DNA from: Patescibacteria group bacterium
Lineage (GTDB): Bacteria > Patescibacteriota > Microgenomatia > Levybacterales > UBA12049
Assembly (NCBI GenBank): GCA_023473785.1
Contig: JAMCYD010000029.1
Span: 1-34,984 of the forward strand
Direction: 5' to 3'
Length of the DNA stretch: 34,984 bases
The notes under the pieces are model-generated. The model had not been told where the DNA came from. It saw only the letters and a list, made by a program, of their open reading frames with translations, and ran no database searches. Each line of letters starts with the position of its first letter. Within the stretch, counting starts at the first letter, position 1. Of the stretch, positions 1 through 9,411 are shown piece after piece. Position numbers and translations under genes: made by a program.

Positions 1-1180
1 AATCCTTAATATTCTTCAAGAAAAAAAGGATAGCTTTCTCATGTCTTTTGGGATAAAATTTAATCTTCTTTTTTAAAATTGCTTCAATTGCCGGTTTTGC
101 CAATTGCTCCATTTTTATAAACCACTGGGGCATAAGCATTGGTTCAATTGTGGTCCCGCATTTATAACAAACTTCAATTACATGAGTGTACTCGTGATCA
201 ATTTTCTCAATAAGACCCATTTCTTCCATATCCTCTGCTACGCGCTTACGTGCTTCTTTAACCCTAAGCCCTTGATATTTCCCTGCGTGCTTATTAAGCT
301 TGCCGTTAAAATCAATTACTTGAATTCTTTTTAAATTGTGCCGGAGTCCAATTTCGAAATCTTTAACATCGTGAGCCGGGGTTACCTTTGCAACACCGGT
401 TCCAAAATTTGGGTCAATCACTTCATCCGCTATGACTGTTACTTTGAATTTACCAATAACTCCCTTTACTTCTATCTTTTTCCCTACCCAGTCCTTATAT
501 CTTTTATCTTTAGGATTAACCGCAACCGCTGTATCTCCAAATTTTGTCTCAGGTCTAACAGTTGCCAAAATAAAAGGCCCGTACCTTAAGTAATAAAGAG
601 GATCTTTTTGTTCTTTGTGATTTACCTCAAGATCAGAAAACGATGTGCCGCACTTCGTGCAGTAATTGACAAGTCTTTCTCCCCGATAAATAAGCTTGTC
701 ATCGTACATTTTCTTAAATGTTTTATAAACTATGCTTATAATATCTTCATCGAGAGTAAATTTATTTCTATCCCAGTCAAGAGAGAAACCAAGACGTCTT
801 AGCTGATTCTGCATTCCTTTCTTGTTTTCTAAAACATAATTTAAAATCATTTCGTAAAGTGTTTCTCGGTCAAAATCAAATCGGGATTTGCCTTCTTTTT
901 CGAGTTTTTTTTCAAAAACAAATTGAGTTTCAAAACCTGCATGATCAGCACCGGGAAGCCAAAGAGTTGGATCTCCTTTCATTCTATGGTAACGAATAAG
1001 AATGTCCTCGACTACATACATCGCATGTCCGAAGTGCAAGGGAGCATTTGCGTTTGGAGGAGGAAGAATAATAGAGAAAGGTTTTTTGTCCTTGTTAATC
1101 TTTGGGGCAAAGAAACTTTCATCTTCCCACATTTTATAAATTTTTTCCTCCGCTGATTTATGATTGTAAATCTTATCCAT
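1..1180 (-). CDS. valS: valyl-tRNA synthetase, N-terminal ~393 codons; the 3' end runs off the window start
   Basis: Not in the supplied ORF track because it has no stop in the window. Manual reverse-complement translation from ATG (1180-1178) is open down to position 2. It reads MDKIYNHKSAEEKIYKMWEDESFFAPK...PPPNANAPLHFGHAMYV (class I HIGH-type motif)...TVRPETKFGDTAVAVNPKD...CYKCGTTIEPMLMPQWFIKM...FLKNIKD, all typical ValRS blocks. The four plus-strand track ORFs at 104-1156 are antisense to it. Confidence 0.85.
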   Translation of the reverse strand, partial: MDKIYNHKSAEEKIYKMWEDESFFAPKINKDKKPFSIILPPPNANAPLHFGHAMYVVEDILIRYHRMKGDPTLWLPGADHAGFETQFVFEKKLEKEGKSRFDFDRETLYEMILNYVLENKKGMQNQLRRLGFSLDWDRNKFTLDEDIISIVYKTFKKMYDDKLIYRGERLVNYCTKCGTSFSDLEVNHKEQKDPLYYLRYGPFILATVRPETKFGDTAVAVNPKDKRYKDWVGKKIEVKGVIGKFKVTVIADEVIDPNFGTGVAKVTPAHDVKDFEIGLRHNLKRIQVIDFNGKLNKHAGKYQGLRVKEARKRVAEDMEEMGLIEKIDHEYTHVIEVCYKCGTTIEPMLMPQWFIKMEQLAKPAIEAILKKKIKFYPKRHEKAILFFLKNIKD

Positions 1181-1333
1181 AAAATATTTTCTATTTACGA
1201 GTATTGTAGCATACCAGATACTAAACGAGTATATATCTAAATTAGATTGACATTTCAAGCTCATTTATACGAAATTTATCGGAAATGAATTCGGTGTTCG
1301 AAAATTCTCCTAAGAGGGGGATGTGAAAATAAA

Positions 1334-4048
1334 CTACTTCTTGGCAAGATTTACAAAGATATTCTGATCCGAAGATAAACTTTGAGAAAACGATGAAACG
1401 CCATTTAGATTCTTGATTTCCTTAGAAGAGGAAATCGTTCGATACGACGATGGGTAGGAAAAACTAAAATTGAATGGATAACTATCTGTACCCGGCTGTT
1501 TAAAAAACTTTAAATTATAAGAGATGAGTGGATTTTCCCGGAGGTCTTTTTTAGGTAGTTGGTATTCCGCTACTATTGTCTTGCTAGAACCAACAGGAAC
1601 AACGGTTAGAAACCCGTATATTGTTTTTCCCTGTTCCTCTGTTTTCTCAACCTCAAGAACTTGCGGTGGAATAAAATTTTTTTTCTCATAAACCAGTGGA
1701 TCCGTAACTGCCTCACCTATTTTCTGAAGAACACCATCTATTGATATTGTCGAAATTCGTACACCAGAAGGCAAGATCAACCGAAGATAATTTTTATAAT
1801 CCCCTCCTGGAAAGACTCCCGAAGTACTTGTATTTCTATAAGAAATTGTAAGCTTTGATAGAAGAGACCCATCGTCTCCGATCTTTAAATTATAAGATAA
1901 ACTTCTTCCAATAAAATAATTAACTTTATTAACACCAAGGTTTGCTTCGTTTATTCCAATAAAGTCATTTATTGAAGAAGATGTTATCTTTCTATCATCC
2001 CTTAAAGAAGATGACCATCCACTTACGGTTGAAATATTTTGCAAGGCTGGATTACTGAAAGCGAACACAATATGTTTTTCCGCCAAAGATTCACTGATAG
2101 ATTTTGCGATGGCAAGGTAAGGCAGATTTTTTTCAAGCGACAATTTCTCCTGGATAGCTTTGAATAGAAAGCTTAAAAAATCTTTCTTTTGTCTTGAGGA
2201 AGGGAAAAAATCTTTTTCTGCATGTGTTTCCGCAAGATTAAAAAGATTATCGGGGTTAACGGTTTCATTGTACTGCGAAATATATATAGGGCCGATTGCG
2301 GATAAAAGATTTTTAACGAAAGACACATCGACCCCAATAACTCCATCTACCATTTGTCCTGTCTCAGCATTTAGAAAAAAGGCAGAGGAGGAAGCAGAAC
2401 GAGTAAAGTCTACATCAAAATTGCTATCCCTTAGATACCAATGCTCCTTAGGAAGATAGCGTCTTATCGGATAGGGTGGCTCAACATGCCCTTTAAGCTG
2501 CCCATCAGCATCATAGACATCATGAATTGAAAAGTCTGTAATTTTTCCTTTATCCATACTCATCATTCCATACGAACCTATAAATCCTCCGCCGGGACGA
2601 AGCTCCATATTGTTTTGGAAAAGGATCATATAGGTCTTCTTATCCGCCATTCCAAGAATATCAGAGAATTTGTCTTGCATATTCATCACAAAACCTATAA
2701 GTATATTTTCTTTTTGTATTTTTTCCATTACTGAAGACGGAATGTTTTCGTTATTTTTTATTTCCTCAAGCAAAACCGCTGAATCTTTGATATTAGCTTG
2801 GAATTTTTCGAAATCTTTTTTAGAATCAACAGGATTTTCTGTTAAAATCTTTTTAAAGACTACGAATGCTTCAATTAAATCGCTCGCTGCAAAGGATATT
2901 TTTTTTCCTACCTCTATTTTTTCCAGAGATGGGCTTATCTGTCTATCCAGGCCAATAAACCTTGCTTGTTCGATAAGCACTTTTGATGTATCTGAGGCTC
3001 TTGAAAAAAATGTTTTTGATAGAACCGCTTCTTCTCTGGCTTTTTCAAGATTTCCTTTATCAAGGGCTGAATTTGCATCATTTAGCGTTTTTGCACCAAG
3101 AAGAGAAAGAGTCAGGGTTGAAAGAATCGGCAGGAGCAGGAAAAACATGAACAAAAACAAAAACAATAAAAGGTGTCTAGGCTGTTTTCTTTCTGGGAAG
3201 TCAAGAGAATCTTTTTCAATTTCTCTATTTTCCATAAACCCATTTTTTAAATTAAGATTTTTAATTTTCTCTTCAATAGAATAATTATCTTCCAAAAGAT
3301 ATTCCCCACCTTCTATCCAAAAAAAATGATCTTTTTTTTCTACTTTCTCTCTTAGGAAATCCATCTTTATTGACGGATCATTTTTTTTAAGAATGCTTGA
3401 AAGAGAAAGATAGGTTAACGGATGTTTTTGGAAAAGATAAAAAATCTGACTTTTTGAGTTTCCGCTAAAGGCTGCCTTAAGTATTCCCTCTATGAAGTCG
3501 TCAATAAAAACTGGATATAATTTTTCTGTTCCATCTCCCGGAATTTGGATTTTTCCCAATTTTTGAGCCTGATAAACAAAGCTATTGACAGGTAATTCTT
3601 CAAGAGTTGGTAGATTTTCGCCAAATATATCTCCGTAAAGAATAATTTTTGTTTTTTTATATTCTAAGGCCTGTATAACTTCTTCTTTTTTGCCTCGTAA
3701 ATAAGTTATAAGGATAAATGAAGACTTATCTCGCTCTGCCTTTTTAAGCAAGGTAGGAATCGATTCTCCCAAATATGTATAGTCATTGACGATAAACATA
3801 TAGGAATAAGTGTTATCCGGAACTGTAGGGAATTTTTTTGCATAAGGAATGTGAATTATATTCGAAGAACCCTGAGGAGAAGATAAATCTTGTGTAGGTT
3901 TTTTCTCGCTTACGAAAACTACCAGTGTGTCTTTACTAAACCGCAAGGCAAGCGGACCTCCCGTAATGCCTCTTTTGTCAATTATAAGTATAGGGGCATC
4001 AGGAAACGTACTTTTCTCTTCTGTTAAAAGTTGGGCAGGTTTTCTCAC
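1334..4048 (-). CDS. DUF4012-type large membrane-anchored protein with a degenerate Rossmann-like N-terminal region
   Basis: 904-aa ORF. It has one strong internal TM (LLLFLFLFMFFLLLPILSTLTLSLLGA) followed by the MELRPGGGFIGSYG block that I recognise as the DUF4012 signature. The N-terminal ~290 aa have an alternating beta-alpha pattern (ILIIDKRGITGGPLA...). Confidence 0.65.
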   Translation of the reverse strand: MRKPAQLLTEEKSTFPDAPILIIDKRGITGGPLALRFSKDTLVVFVSEKKPTQDLSSPQGSSNIIHIPYAKKFPTVPDNTYSYMFIVNDYTYLGESIPTLLKKAERDKSSFILITYLRGKKEEVIQALEYKKTKIILYGDIFGENLPTLEELPVNSFVYQAQKLGKIQIPGDGTEKLYPVFIDDFIEGILKAAFSGNSKSQIFYLFQKHPLTYLSLSSILKKNDPSIKMDFLREKVEKKDHFFWIEGGEYLLEDNYSIEEKIKNLNLKNGFMENREIEKDSLDFPERKQPRHLLLFLFLFMFFLLLPILSTLTLSLLGAKTLNDANSALDKGNLEKAREEAVLSKTFFSRASDTSKVLIEQARFIGLDRQISPSLEKIEVGKKISFAASDLIEAFVVFKKILTENPVDSKKDFEKFQANIKDSAVLLEEIKNNENIPSSVMEKIQKENILIGFVMNMQDKFSDILGMADKKTYMILFQNNMELRPGGGFIGSYGMMSMDKGKITDFSIHDVYDADGQLKGHVEPPYPIRRYLPKEHWYLRDSNFDVDFTRSASSSAFFLNAETGQMVDGVIGVDVSFVKNLLSAIGPIYISQYNETVNPDNLFNLAETHAEKDFFPSSRQKKDFLSFLFKAIQEKLSLEKNLPYLAIAKSISESLAEKHIVFAFSNPALQNISTVSGWSSSLRDDRKITSSSINDFIGINEANLGVNKVNYFIGRSLSYNLKIGDDGSLLSKLTISYRNTSTSGVFPGGDYKNYLRLILPSGVRISTISIDGVLQKIGEAVTDPLVYEKKNFIPPQVLEVEKTEEQGKTIYGFLTVVPVGSSKTIVAEYQLPKKDLRENPLISYNLKFFKQPGTDSYPFNFSFSYPSSYRTISSSKEIKNLNGVSSFSQSLSSDQNIFVNLAKK

Positions 4049-4058
4049 TATGCCTATT

Positions 4059-4493
4059 TTAGGCCAGTTTTATCACACTGTCTAGGGCCATGTTAACAAG
4101 CCTGTCTGCTTCTCTGTTTTGCTCTCTTGGAATATGTTTATAAAAAATTGGCGGTTTTATTTCTGCCTCCTTCTTCTTGATGGAAAAGAACAGCTCTCGG
4201 AGATTAGAATTTTTGATCTTAAAAAGCCCTACTACCTGAGAATAAACAAGATTTGAATCCAGGAAAAAATAAATCTTTGCATCCCTGGAAAGCCTATGCT
4301 GATTATCAATAATCCAATCTAGCGCTTCTACCACTGCCTTATATTCTGCGATATTGTTTGTTGATATCCCTATTTTTTTCCCAATTTCCGCAAGCGCTTT
4401 TCCGTCTCCATCTTTGATAAAGACCCCGATAGCAGAGGGGCCTGGATTGCCCCTTGCTCCTCCGTCCGTAAATATATTTAATATGTCTATCAT
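4059..4493 (-). CDS. rnhA: ribonuclease HI (type 1 RNase H)
   Basis: FTDGGARGNPGPSAIG...NNIAEYKAVVEALDW...FLDSNLV...NREADRLVN gives the D-E-D-D catalytic pattern of RNase HI. The track start at 4514 is a TTG that overlaps the upstream gene. The ATG at 4493 lies 2 nt after that gene's stop (4496-4498) and is preferred. Confidence 0.8.
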   Translation of the reverse strand: MIDILNIFTDGGARGNPGPSAIGVFIKDGDGKALAEIGKKIGISTNNIAEYKAVVEALDWIIDNQHRLSRDAKIYFFLDSNLVYSQVVGLFKIKNSNLRELFFSIKKKEAEIKPPIFYKHIPREQNREADRLVNMALDSVIKLA

Positions 4494-4495
4494 AT

Positions 4496-5860
4496 TTAGT
4501 TTTTCGCCCAACAAAGCCCGAACACAAAAGATAAAAGAAGCTGGCCTTGCTGAATTGTCAAGAAATAATGATCAAAAAAACCAAGGATTAAAATCACAGA
4601 CAGAATTATGGGCTTGAAGTTATAAACTTTAGAATTTCTATCTCTGCTTCTTAACTCTTCTCTTATTCGTTTGTAAGTCTTGCCTATAAACCATAGAAAA
4701 ACTCCTAATCCTACTATTCCTGTTTGAGAAGCAATAAGAAGGTAGATATTATGAACAGGCTGAAGATAAAAAAGATTATGATTGTTCTTCTCAATATATG
4801 ACAGCTCAACTAAGAAATTGTTTATTCCTGTTCCGAGAAGAGGTTGATTCTTTATCATAACCAAGGAGTCCTTAGCAAGCTCTACTCGAGAAAGAATAGT
4901 TTCATCCATGGGATTAAAATTTATAAATCTTAAGCGAAGGGGAGTAAGCAGTATGCCTAAGATCAAAAGTGCAGCAAGCAATAAATAAACTTCTTTTTTT
5001 TTATTTTTAAAAAACTGCTTGATTCCAAAAAAAACAACAACTGCAACCCATACAGCAATCGAGACTCTTCCCATGGTTAAGAAAATAGCTATGGTTGCAA
5101 AAAACAAAGATGTGATACGTATCGATTTCTCTAATTTTCCAGCTCCGTGATTTAAACTATAGAGAAGCATAATCATTCCTATCAAAAGATAGGAGGCCAG
5201 TACATTTGGATGGGAAAATGTTCCATAGGGACGTAAAATGAGCTCGCCGCTTAAAGATACATTGGCTATTGCCGGAGTTTGCCCATTAAAACTCCTCTCC
5301 CCAAGAAGATAAAATATTCCACCCAAAGAACTTTGGTTTAGGAATTGGGCAATAGATAAAAAAGATTCAAAAATGATGTCAATTAAAAATATAGTTAAGA
5401 TCGTGTTTTGCTTAAAGTTTTTTATATTAAAGGCTATATAGGCGCCAAAAAAAATAAACTCTAGAAGTTTCAAAAAACCATACCAGCCAGCCATAGGATT
5501 TTTGGACAAAAAAATCCCTATTATCAAAAATAAAACGAACATAGCTATTGTCATCACGAGTGTTTTTCTGGCCCTGATTTGATCTAGATAGTATTTATTT
5601 TTTTTAAATTTTAACCTAAAAACCCAAAAAACAAAAAGGCTTAATATTAAAATATCCGTAAGGTACAAAGTAGGGGATAGATAATCTACTCTAATTCCTA
5701 AAACGTATGAAAAGCCTGGCCAGAAATGACGTCCAAGTTGGGTTGGAAGAAAAAGAAGAATAAGGAGAAATAATGTTTTTTCAAGATTAATTTTTTGGCT
5801 TAACCACCAGAACCCTATCCTTTCCTTCTCCAATTGATTCGGTAATGACTTCTTCATCAT
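4496..5860 (-). CDS. O-antigen ligase/polymerase-like (Wzy_C-type) polytopic membrane protein
   Basis: 454 aa with about 10-12 hydrophobic helices and a large loop region (GTFSHPNVLASYL) typical of the O-antigen ligase family. The first 24 codons overlap the 3' end of jag (5787-5860), and no alternative canonical start is visible downstream. Confidence 0.55.
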   Translation of the reverse strand: MMKKSLPNQLEKERIGFWWLSQKINLEKTLFLLILLFLPTQLGRHFWPGFSYVLGIRVDYLSPTLYLTDILILSLFVFWVFRLKFKKNKYYLDQIRARKTLVMTIAMFVLFLIIGIFLSKNPMAGWYGFLKLLEFIFFGAYIAFNIKNFKQNTILTIFLIDIIFESFLSIAQFLNQSSLGGIFYLLGERSFNGQTPAIANVSLSGELILRPYGTFSHPNVLASYLLIGMIMLLYSLNHGAGKLEKSIRITSLFFATIAIFLTMGRVSIAVWVAVVVFFGIKQFFKNKKKEVYLLLAALLILGILLTPLRLRFINFNPMDETILSRVELAKDSLVMIKNQPLLGTGINNFLVELSYIEKNNHNLFYLQPVHNIYLLIASQTGIVGLGVFLWFIGKTYKRIREELRSRDRNSKVYNFKPIILSVILILGFFDHYFLTIQQGQLLLSFVFGLCWAKN

Positions 5861-6242
5861 TTTGAAACATAAGATGAATGACTCTTCTTTCCCATGCCTT
5901 AAGCTGGGGCAGAGGAATTTCTCTTTTTTGCTCTACTACCTTACCTCTTGTGTCAAGAGCAAGAAATTTCAACCAATCTTCCCGATTCTTCTTATACTCT
6001 CCCACCTCAAGAGAAATACGAAGGAATCTACCTATCTTTTTTGAGATACATAGTGAAAGTACCAGCTGCAATGACTCGAGAATATCTCCATGATAACCAA
6101 TAATAATACCGCGCTCTTCGGTTTCAAGAACTATATCTGCGCCATCTTCGTTTCTCGTTACCTTAATTGCCCCATCTATACCAAGAAGCTTAAGCAATTC
6201 TTTGGTTGTCTCTTCGATAATTTTTGTTTCTTTTTTTTCCAT
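5787..6242 (-). CDS. jag: Jag/KhpB-type RNA-binding protein (KH plus R3H domains)
   Basis: GIIIGYHGDILESLQ (KH GxxG-like loop) and a C-terminal ERRVIHLMF...ITESIGEG R3H-like block. The gene sits directly downstream of yidC, the conserved position. Confidence 0.75.
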   Translation of the reverse strand: MEKKETKIIEETTKELLKLLGIDGAIKVTRNEDGADIVLETEERGIIIGYHGDILESLQLVLSLCISKKIGRFLRISLEVGEYKKNREDWLKFLALDTRGKVVEQKREIPLPQLKAWERRVIHLMFQNDEEVITESIGEGKDRVLVVKPKN

Positions 6243-6244
6243 GT

Positions 6245-7063
6245 TTATTTCTTAAAATTAATCCTATTAACCCAATCCCTAAGTCCTCCAAGCCCTGTAA
6301 CCCGATACTGCTGTATAATACCAAAGATGGTAAATGTATTCCAGTACAAAGACAATCCAATCGGAAACCCATAAGAGAAAAAGCCAATCATGAGGGGAAA
6401 TATATAAAGTGACTGTGTTTGAAATGCGGTTGCAAAATCCTCCTTTTTTTCCTTATGGGCGAGCTTTGCTTTATTTCCCTGAGGCGCTGGGGCGATCATC
6501 ATTTTTGATTGAATTAACTGAAAAATTACTGTTAAGATTGGAATCATGAGAACAACCGGTCCTAAGGTTGACAAGAGATGAGAGGGGGTTTGTGCAAGAG
6601 GAAGTCCAAAAAAATAAGCATCCCATGGTTTTGTTAATCTTGGAACAAAAGAATAAAGAGTATTATTTACTTGCGAAATATCATATTTAACAATATCGTA
6701 TAAAACCTGATATAGAGCATAAATTAAGGGAAGCTGTATGATTACCGGAAGGCATCCTGCCGCTGGATTTACTCCGTGCTCTTTGTAAAGCTTCATCGTT
6801 TCCGCTTGAAGAGTCTTTGCATCGTTCTTATGTTTGTCTTTAAGTCTAGTTAAGTGAGGATTTAACTCTTGCATTTTTTTTGTGGCCTTTAATTGCGAGG
6901 CGGTAAAAGGATAAAGAACAAGCCGGATAATTATCGTTAAGACAATTATTGAAAATCCAAGAGCAAAAGGTATATGCAGGAAGCTTAAGGCCTGATAGGC
7001 CAGCACAAGAATATTTATCAACGGGTATGCGAGGTATATGAAATTTGGAATTGCCGAATGCAT
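6245..7063 (-). CDS. yidC: membrane protein insertase YidC (short, Gram-positive-like form)
   Basis: 272 aa with 5 TM helices. Conserved blocks are PFTASQLKATKKMQELNP...MKLYKEHGVNPAAGCLPVIIQLP and a C-terminal GLSLYW. The rnpA-yidD-yidC-jag synteny supports the call. Confidence 0.85.
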   Translation of the reverse strand: MHSAIPNFIYLAYPLINILVLAYQALSFLHIPFALGFSIIVLTIIIRLVLYPFTASQLKATKKMQELNPHLTRLKDKHKNDAKTLQAETMKLYKEHGVNPAAGCLPVIIQLPLIYALYQVLYDIVKYDISQVNNTLYSFVPRLTKPWDAYFFGLPLAQTPSHLLSTLGPVVLMIPILTVIFQLIQSKMMIAPAPQGNKAKLAHKEKKEDFATAFQTQSLYIFPLMIGFFSYGFPIGLSLYWNTFTIFGIIQQYRVTGLGGLRDWVNRINFKK

Positions 7064-7065
7064 AT

Positions 7066-7278
7066 TTAGATATTTCTATAAAAGGGCTGACAGCTTAAAA
7101 GTCTTATCATTGAATAATATCCTCCTTTGAAAATTCCCTTTTCTTGAATCGATATTCTTGCATACTCTGAACAGGTTGGGGTAAACCTGCAAAACTGCCC
7201 CTGACCAAAGATAATTTTTAGAAGAGGTGAAATAAGTTTTTGGTAAAAAACTATCAAAATTAAAAATATATATTTCAT
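7066..7278 (-). CDS. yidD: membrane protein insertion efficiency factor YidD
   Basis: 70 aa with the hallmark CRFTPTCSEYA motif. There is a 4-nt start/stop overlap with rnpA. Confidence 0.85.
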   Translation of the reverse strand: MKYIFLILIVFYQKLISPLLKIIFGQGQFCRFTPTCSEYARISIQEKGIFKGGYYSMIRLLSCQPFYRNI

Positions 7279-7604
7279 TTCAGAAATCTTCCTTTTTTGA
7301 GCGTATCTTCCAAGCAGTCATAAATTTCTTTCGTATTTGCTCCAGCTATTTCTTTTTTTGCTATAAAAAGCATATCAATTCCTTCTCTGATTTGATCTAG
7401 GTTTTTTTCTACGTAAAAGCGCAATTGTCTTTTTATTCTGTTCCTAAAACTTGCTCTCTTGTCAATTTTTTTAGAAACTACAAAACCAAACCTACTAAAG
7501 CCTTCCCTGTTTTTTATAGCTACTGTCAGAAAAAATTTAGAAGAAAACCTATTGCCATCTTTAATCTTTATTTCTTTTGGCAGCCGGTTCTTCTTTTTAA
7601 GCAT
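7275..7604 (-). CDS. rnpA: ribonuclease P protein component
   Basis: 109-aa basic protein (FGFVVSKKIDKRASFRNRIKRQLR, the RNR-type motif) immediately downstream of rpmH. Confidence 0.8.
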   Translation of the reverse strand: MLKKKNRLPKEIKIKDGNRFSSKFFLTVAIKNREGFSRFGFVVSKKIDKRASFRNRIKRQLRFYVEKNLDQIREGIDMLFIAKKEIAGANTKEIYDCLEDTLKKGRFLK

Positions 7605-7612
7605 TTCAAAAG

Positions 7613-7747
7613 CTATACCGCGATTCTTTTTCTTCCCTTTTGTTTTCTTCTTTTTATAACCTTCCTGCCAGAATGAGTTTCCAGCCTTTCTCTAAAGCCG
7701 TGTTTTCTTTTTCTTTTAATTTTTTTTGTTTTTGTCTGTCTTTCCAT
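7613..7747 (-). CDS. rpmH: 50S ribosomal protein L34
   Basis: Below the ORF-track size cutoff. Manual translation of the minus strand from ATG (7747-7745) gives MERQTKTKKIKRKRKHGFRERLETHSGRKVIKRRKQKGRKRIAV, then stop TAG (7615-7613). It carries the canonical L34 KRKRxHGFRxR...GRKV...R..KGRKR pattern. Confidence 0.85.
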   Translation of the reverse strand: MERQTKTKKIKRKRKHGFRERLETHSGRKVIKRRKQKGRKRIAV

Positions 7748-7823
7748 ACGTATCCTAAAACTTCTTTCCTAAGATTATAGCAAAAAATTCACAATTTTTA
7801 TAGTAGAGAAAAAGGACATAGTT

Positions 7824-7869
7824 TTATCCACTTTATTATCTTGACAAGAACTTATCCACATCGTTAAAC
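7824..7869 (+). promoter_or_regulatory. two DnaA boxes overlapping a putative dnaA promoter
   Basis: TTATCCACT lies at 7824-7832 and a perfect TTATCCACA at 7852-7860. TTGACA (7841-7846), a 17-nt spacer and TTAAAC (7864-7869) make a weak sigma70-like promoter. The perfect box falls inside the spacer, a geometry consistent with dnaA autoregulation. Confidence 0.5.
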
Positions 7870-7918
7870 TCATTTACACCCTATCCTATGCGCATATCGG
7901 TGCATTTAGGGACCGTCT

Positions 7919-9259
7919 ATGGTAAAAGACAATCAAGAATTATGGACTATAATCCTAGGAGAAATTGAAACAGAAGTTTCGAAAGCAATTTTTCTGACCC
8001 TATTTAAACAAACCTCGCTCTTATCTTTTGAAGAAGGAGTTGCTACGATTGCTGCTCCCTCGACTATGATAATTGACCTTCTTCAAAAAAGATTTTACCA
8101 AATTATCAAAAAAGCGGTTGACAAACATACGGAAATTGATGCAAAAATAATATTCGTTCCCAAAAACGTAATGCCCAATAATAATCCTGAGAAGAACGGG
8201 CCACTTTTCCAGGAAGCAGGAAAACCTACTGTTACAATCGGTCACCTTCCTCGAGTTAAAAAAGACTATACTTTCCAAACCCTTGCCGTCTCCTCCAGCA
8301 ATCAGCTGGCTTATGTAAGCGCTCAGACGGTCTCAAGGAAAATAGGCATCGCCTACAACCCTCTTTTTATATACGGCCCTGTTGGTGTTGGAAAAACCCA
8401 CCTAATGCAAGCGATTGCCAATGATGTGTATGAAAATGATGAAGGTAAAAAAATTGTCTATATAACCAGCGAGGAGTTCACCAATGAGGTGGTAGAGGCG
8501 ATACGAACAAACGACACAGCAAGAATGAAAAAAAAGTTTAGAAGCGTTGACGTTCTAATAATTGATGACATTCAGTTTGTCGCAGGAAAAGAAAGAGTAC
8601 AGGAAGAGCTTTTTCATACATTTAATATTCTCATTGACGGGGAGTCTCAAATCATACTTTCTTCGGATAGGCCCCCATCTGAAATAAAAAAACTGGAAAA
8701 GAGATTATCTTCGAGATTTGCCGGCGGACTTACCGTTGACATAGAGCCACCCGATTTTGAGCTAAGAACAGCAATCCTTCTTATTAAAGCAAAAAAATAC
8801 AACTTCAATCTCACGATTGAGGCCGCCAAGCAAATAGCAGAAAAGGAGCACGATACAAGGGGACTTGAAGGAGCGCTTCTTAGGATAATTACCCAGTCCC
8901 AGACCCTTGGAGTTGAAATCTCAAGCTCTCTCATAAAGAATGTTCTTAGTAATGGAGAGCACAGAGAGATAGGTAATTATCGCCCGGATGAACTTATTAA
9001 GAATATTTGCTCCTTTTATAAGATTAAACCCACCCAAATCAAGGGAGAAAAAAGAGATGCATTTTTGGTCAAGGCTAGACAGATTGCTATGTATTTACTT
9101 AAAAAGGAGCTCGATTTGTCCTATGTTGAAATAGGAAATATTCTAGGTGGACGGGATCACACCACCATCATGTATGGGGTCAATAAGATTGAGGGTCTTT
9201 TGTTGAAAAAGGGGTTTTCTGAGGAAATTCAAATGATAACAAGCCTTAATCAAGAATAA
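7919..9259 (+). CDS. dnaA: chromosomal replication initiator protein DnaA
   Basis: 446 aa. Motifs: Walker A GPVGVGKTHL, Walker B LIIDDIQF, sensor/box VII SDRPP, and the C-terminal DNA-binding helix-turn-helix ...GGRDHTTIMYG. Confidence 0.95.
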   Translation: MVKDNQELWTIILGEIETEVSKAIFLTLFKQTSLLSFEEGVATIAAPSTMIIDLLQKRFYQIIKKAVDKHTEIDAKIIFVPKNVMPNNNPEKNGPLFQEAGKPTVTIGHLPRVKKDYTFQTLAVSSSNQLAYVSAQTVSRKIGIAYNPLFIYGPVGVGKTHLMQAIANDVYENDEGKKIVYITSEEFTNEVVEAIRTNDTARMKKKFRSVDVLIIDDIQFVAGKERVQEELFHTFNILIDGESQIILSSDRPPSEIKKLEKRLSSRFAGGLTVDIEPPDFELRTAILLIKAKKYNFNLTIEAAKQIAEKEHDTRGLEGALLRIITQSQTLGVEISSSLIKNVLSNGEHREIGNYRPDELIKNICSFYKIKPTQIKGEKRDAFLVKARQIAMYLLKKELDLSYVEIGNILGGRDHTTIMYGVNKIEGLLLKKGFSEEIQMITSLNQE

Positions 9260-9411
9260 TCTGTGGATAAACCCCCACCCCGCTTCCTTAAATATTTTTC
9301 CACATTTCTTATAAACATCTTTTCCACATTTCCTTGCTTCTCTCCTCTTGCTTTTTTCCACTTTTCCCTATAGACTACTACAACTACAAATATTAATAAA
9401 TTAAAAACAAA
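9260..9411. promoter_or_regulatory. candidate oriC (dnaA-dnaN intergenic DnaA-box cluster plus AT-rich unwinding region)
   Basis: A perfect inverted box TGTGGATAA lies at 9262-9270. Three same-orientation TTTTCCAC(A/T) boxes follow at 9296-9304, 9320-9328 and 9354-9362. An AT-rich tract (tacaaatattaataaattaaaaacaaa, about 9384-9411) abuts the dnaN start. Confidence 0.55.

Noticed and set aside
104-1156. Four plus-strand track ORFs (76, 83, 64 and 77 aa) at the left edge
   Set aside because: All lie antisense to a continuous, motif-rich minus-strand valS reading frame (2-1180) that the track omits only because it has no stop in the window. Their sequences are low-complexity and Phe/Ile/Asn-rich with no motifs.
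2670-3284. 204-aa plus-strand ORF inside the DUF4012 gene, with similar cases at 2160-2459, 22480-22935, 23134-23943 and 14615-14893
   Set aside because: These are antisense ORFs fully nested in long, well-supported minus-strand genes. They show Ser/Phe/Leu-rich composition and no motifs, which is typical of spurious frames in AT-rich DNA.
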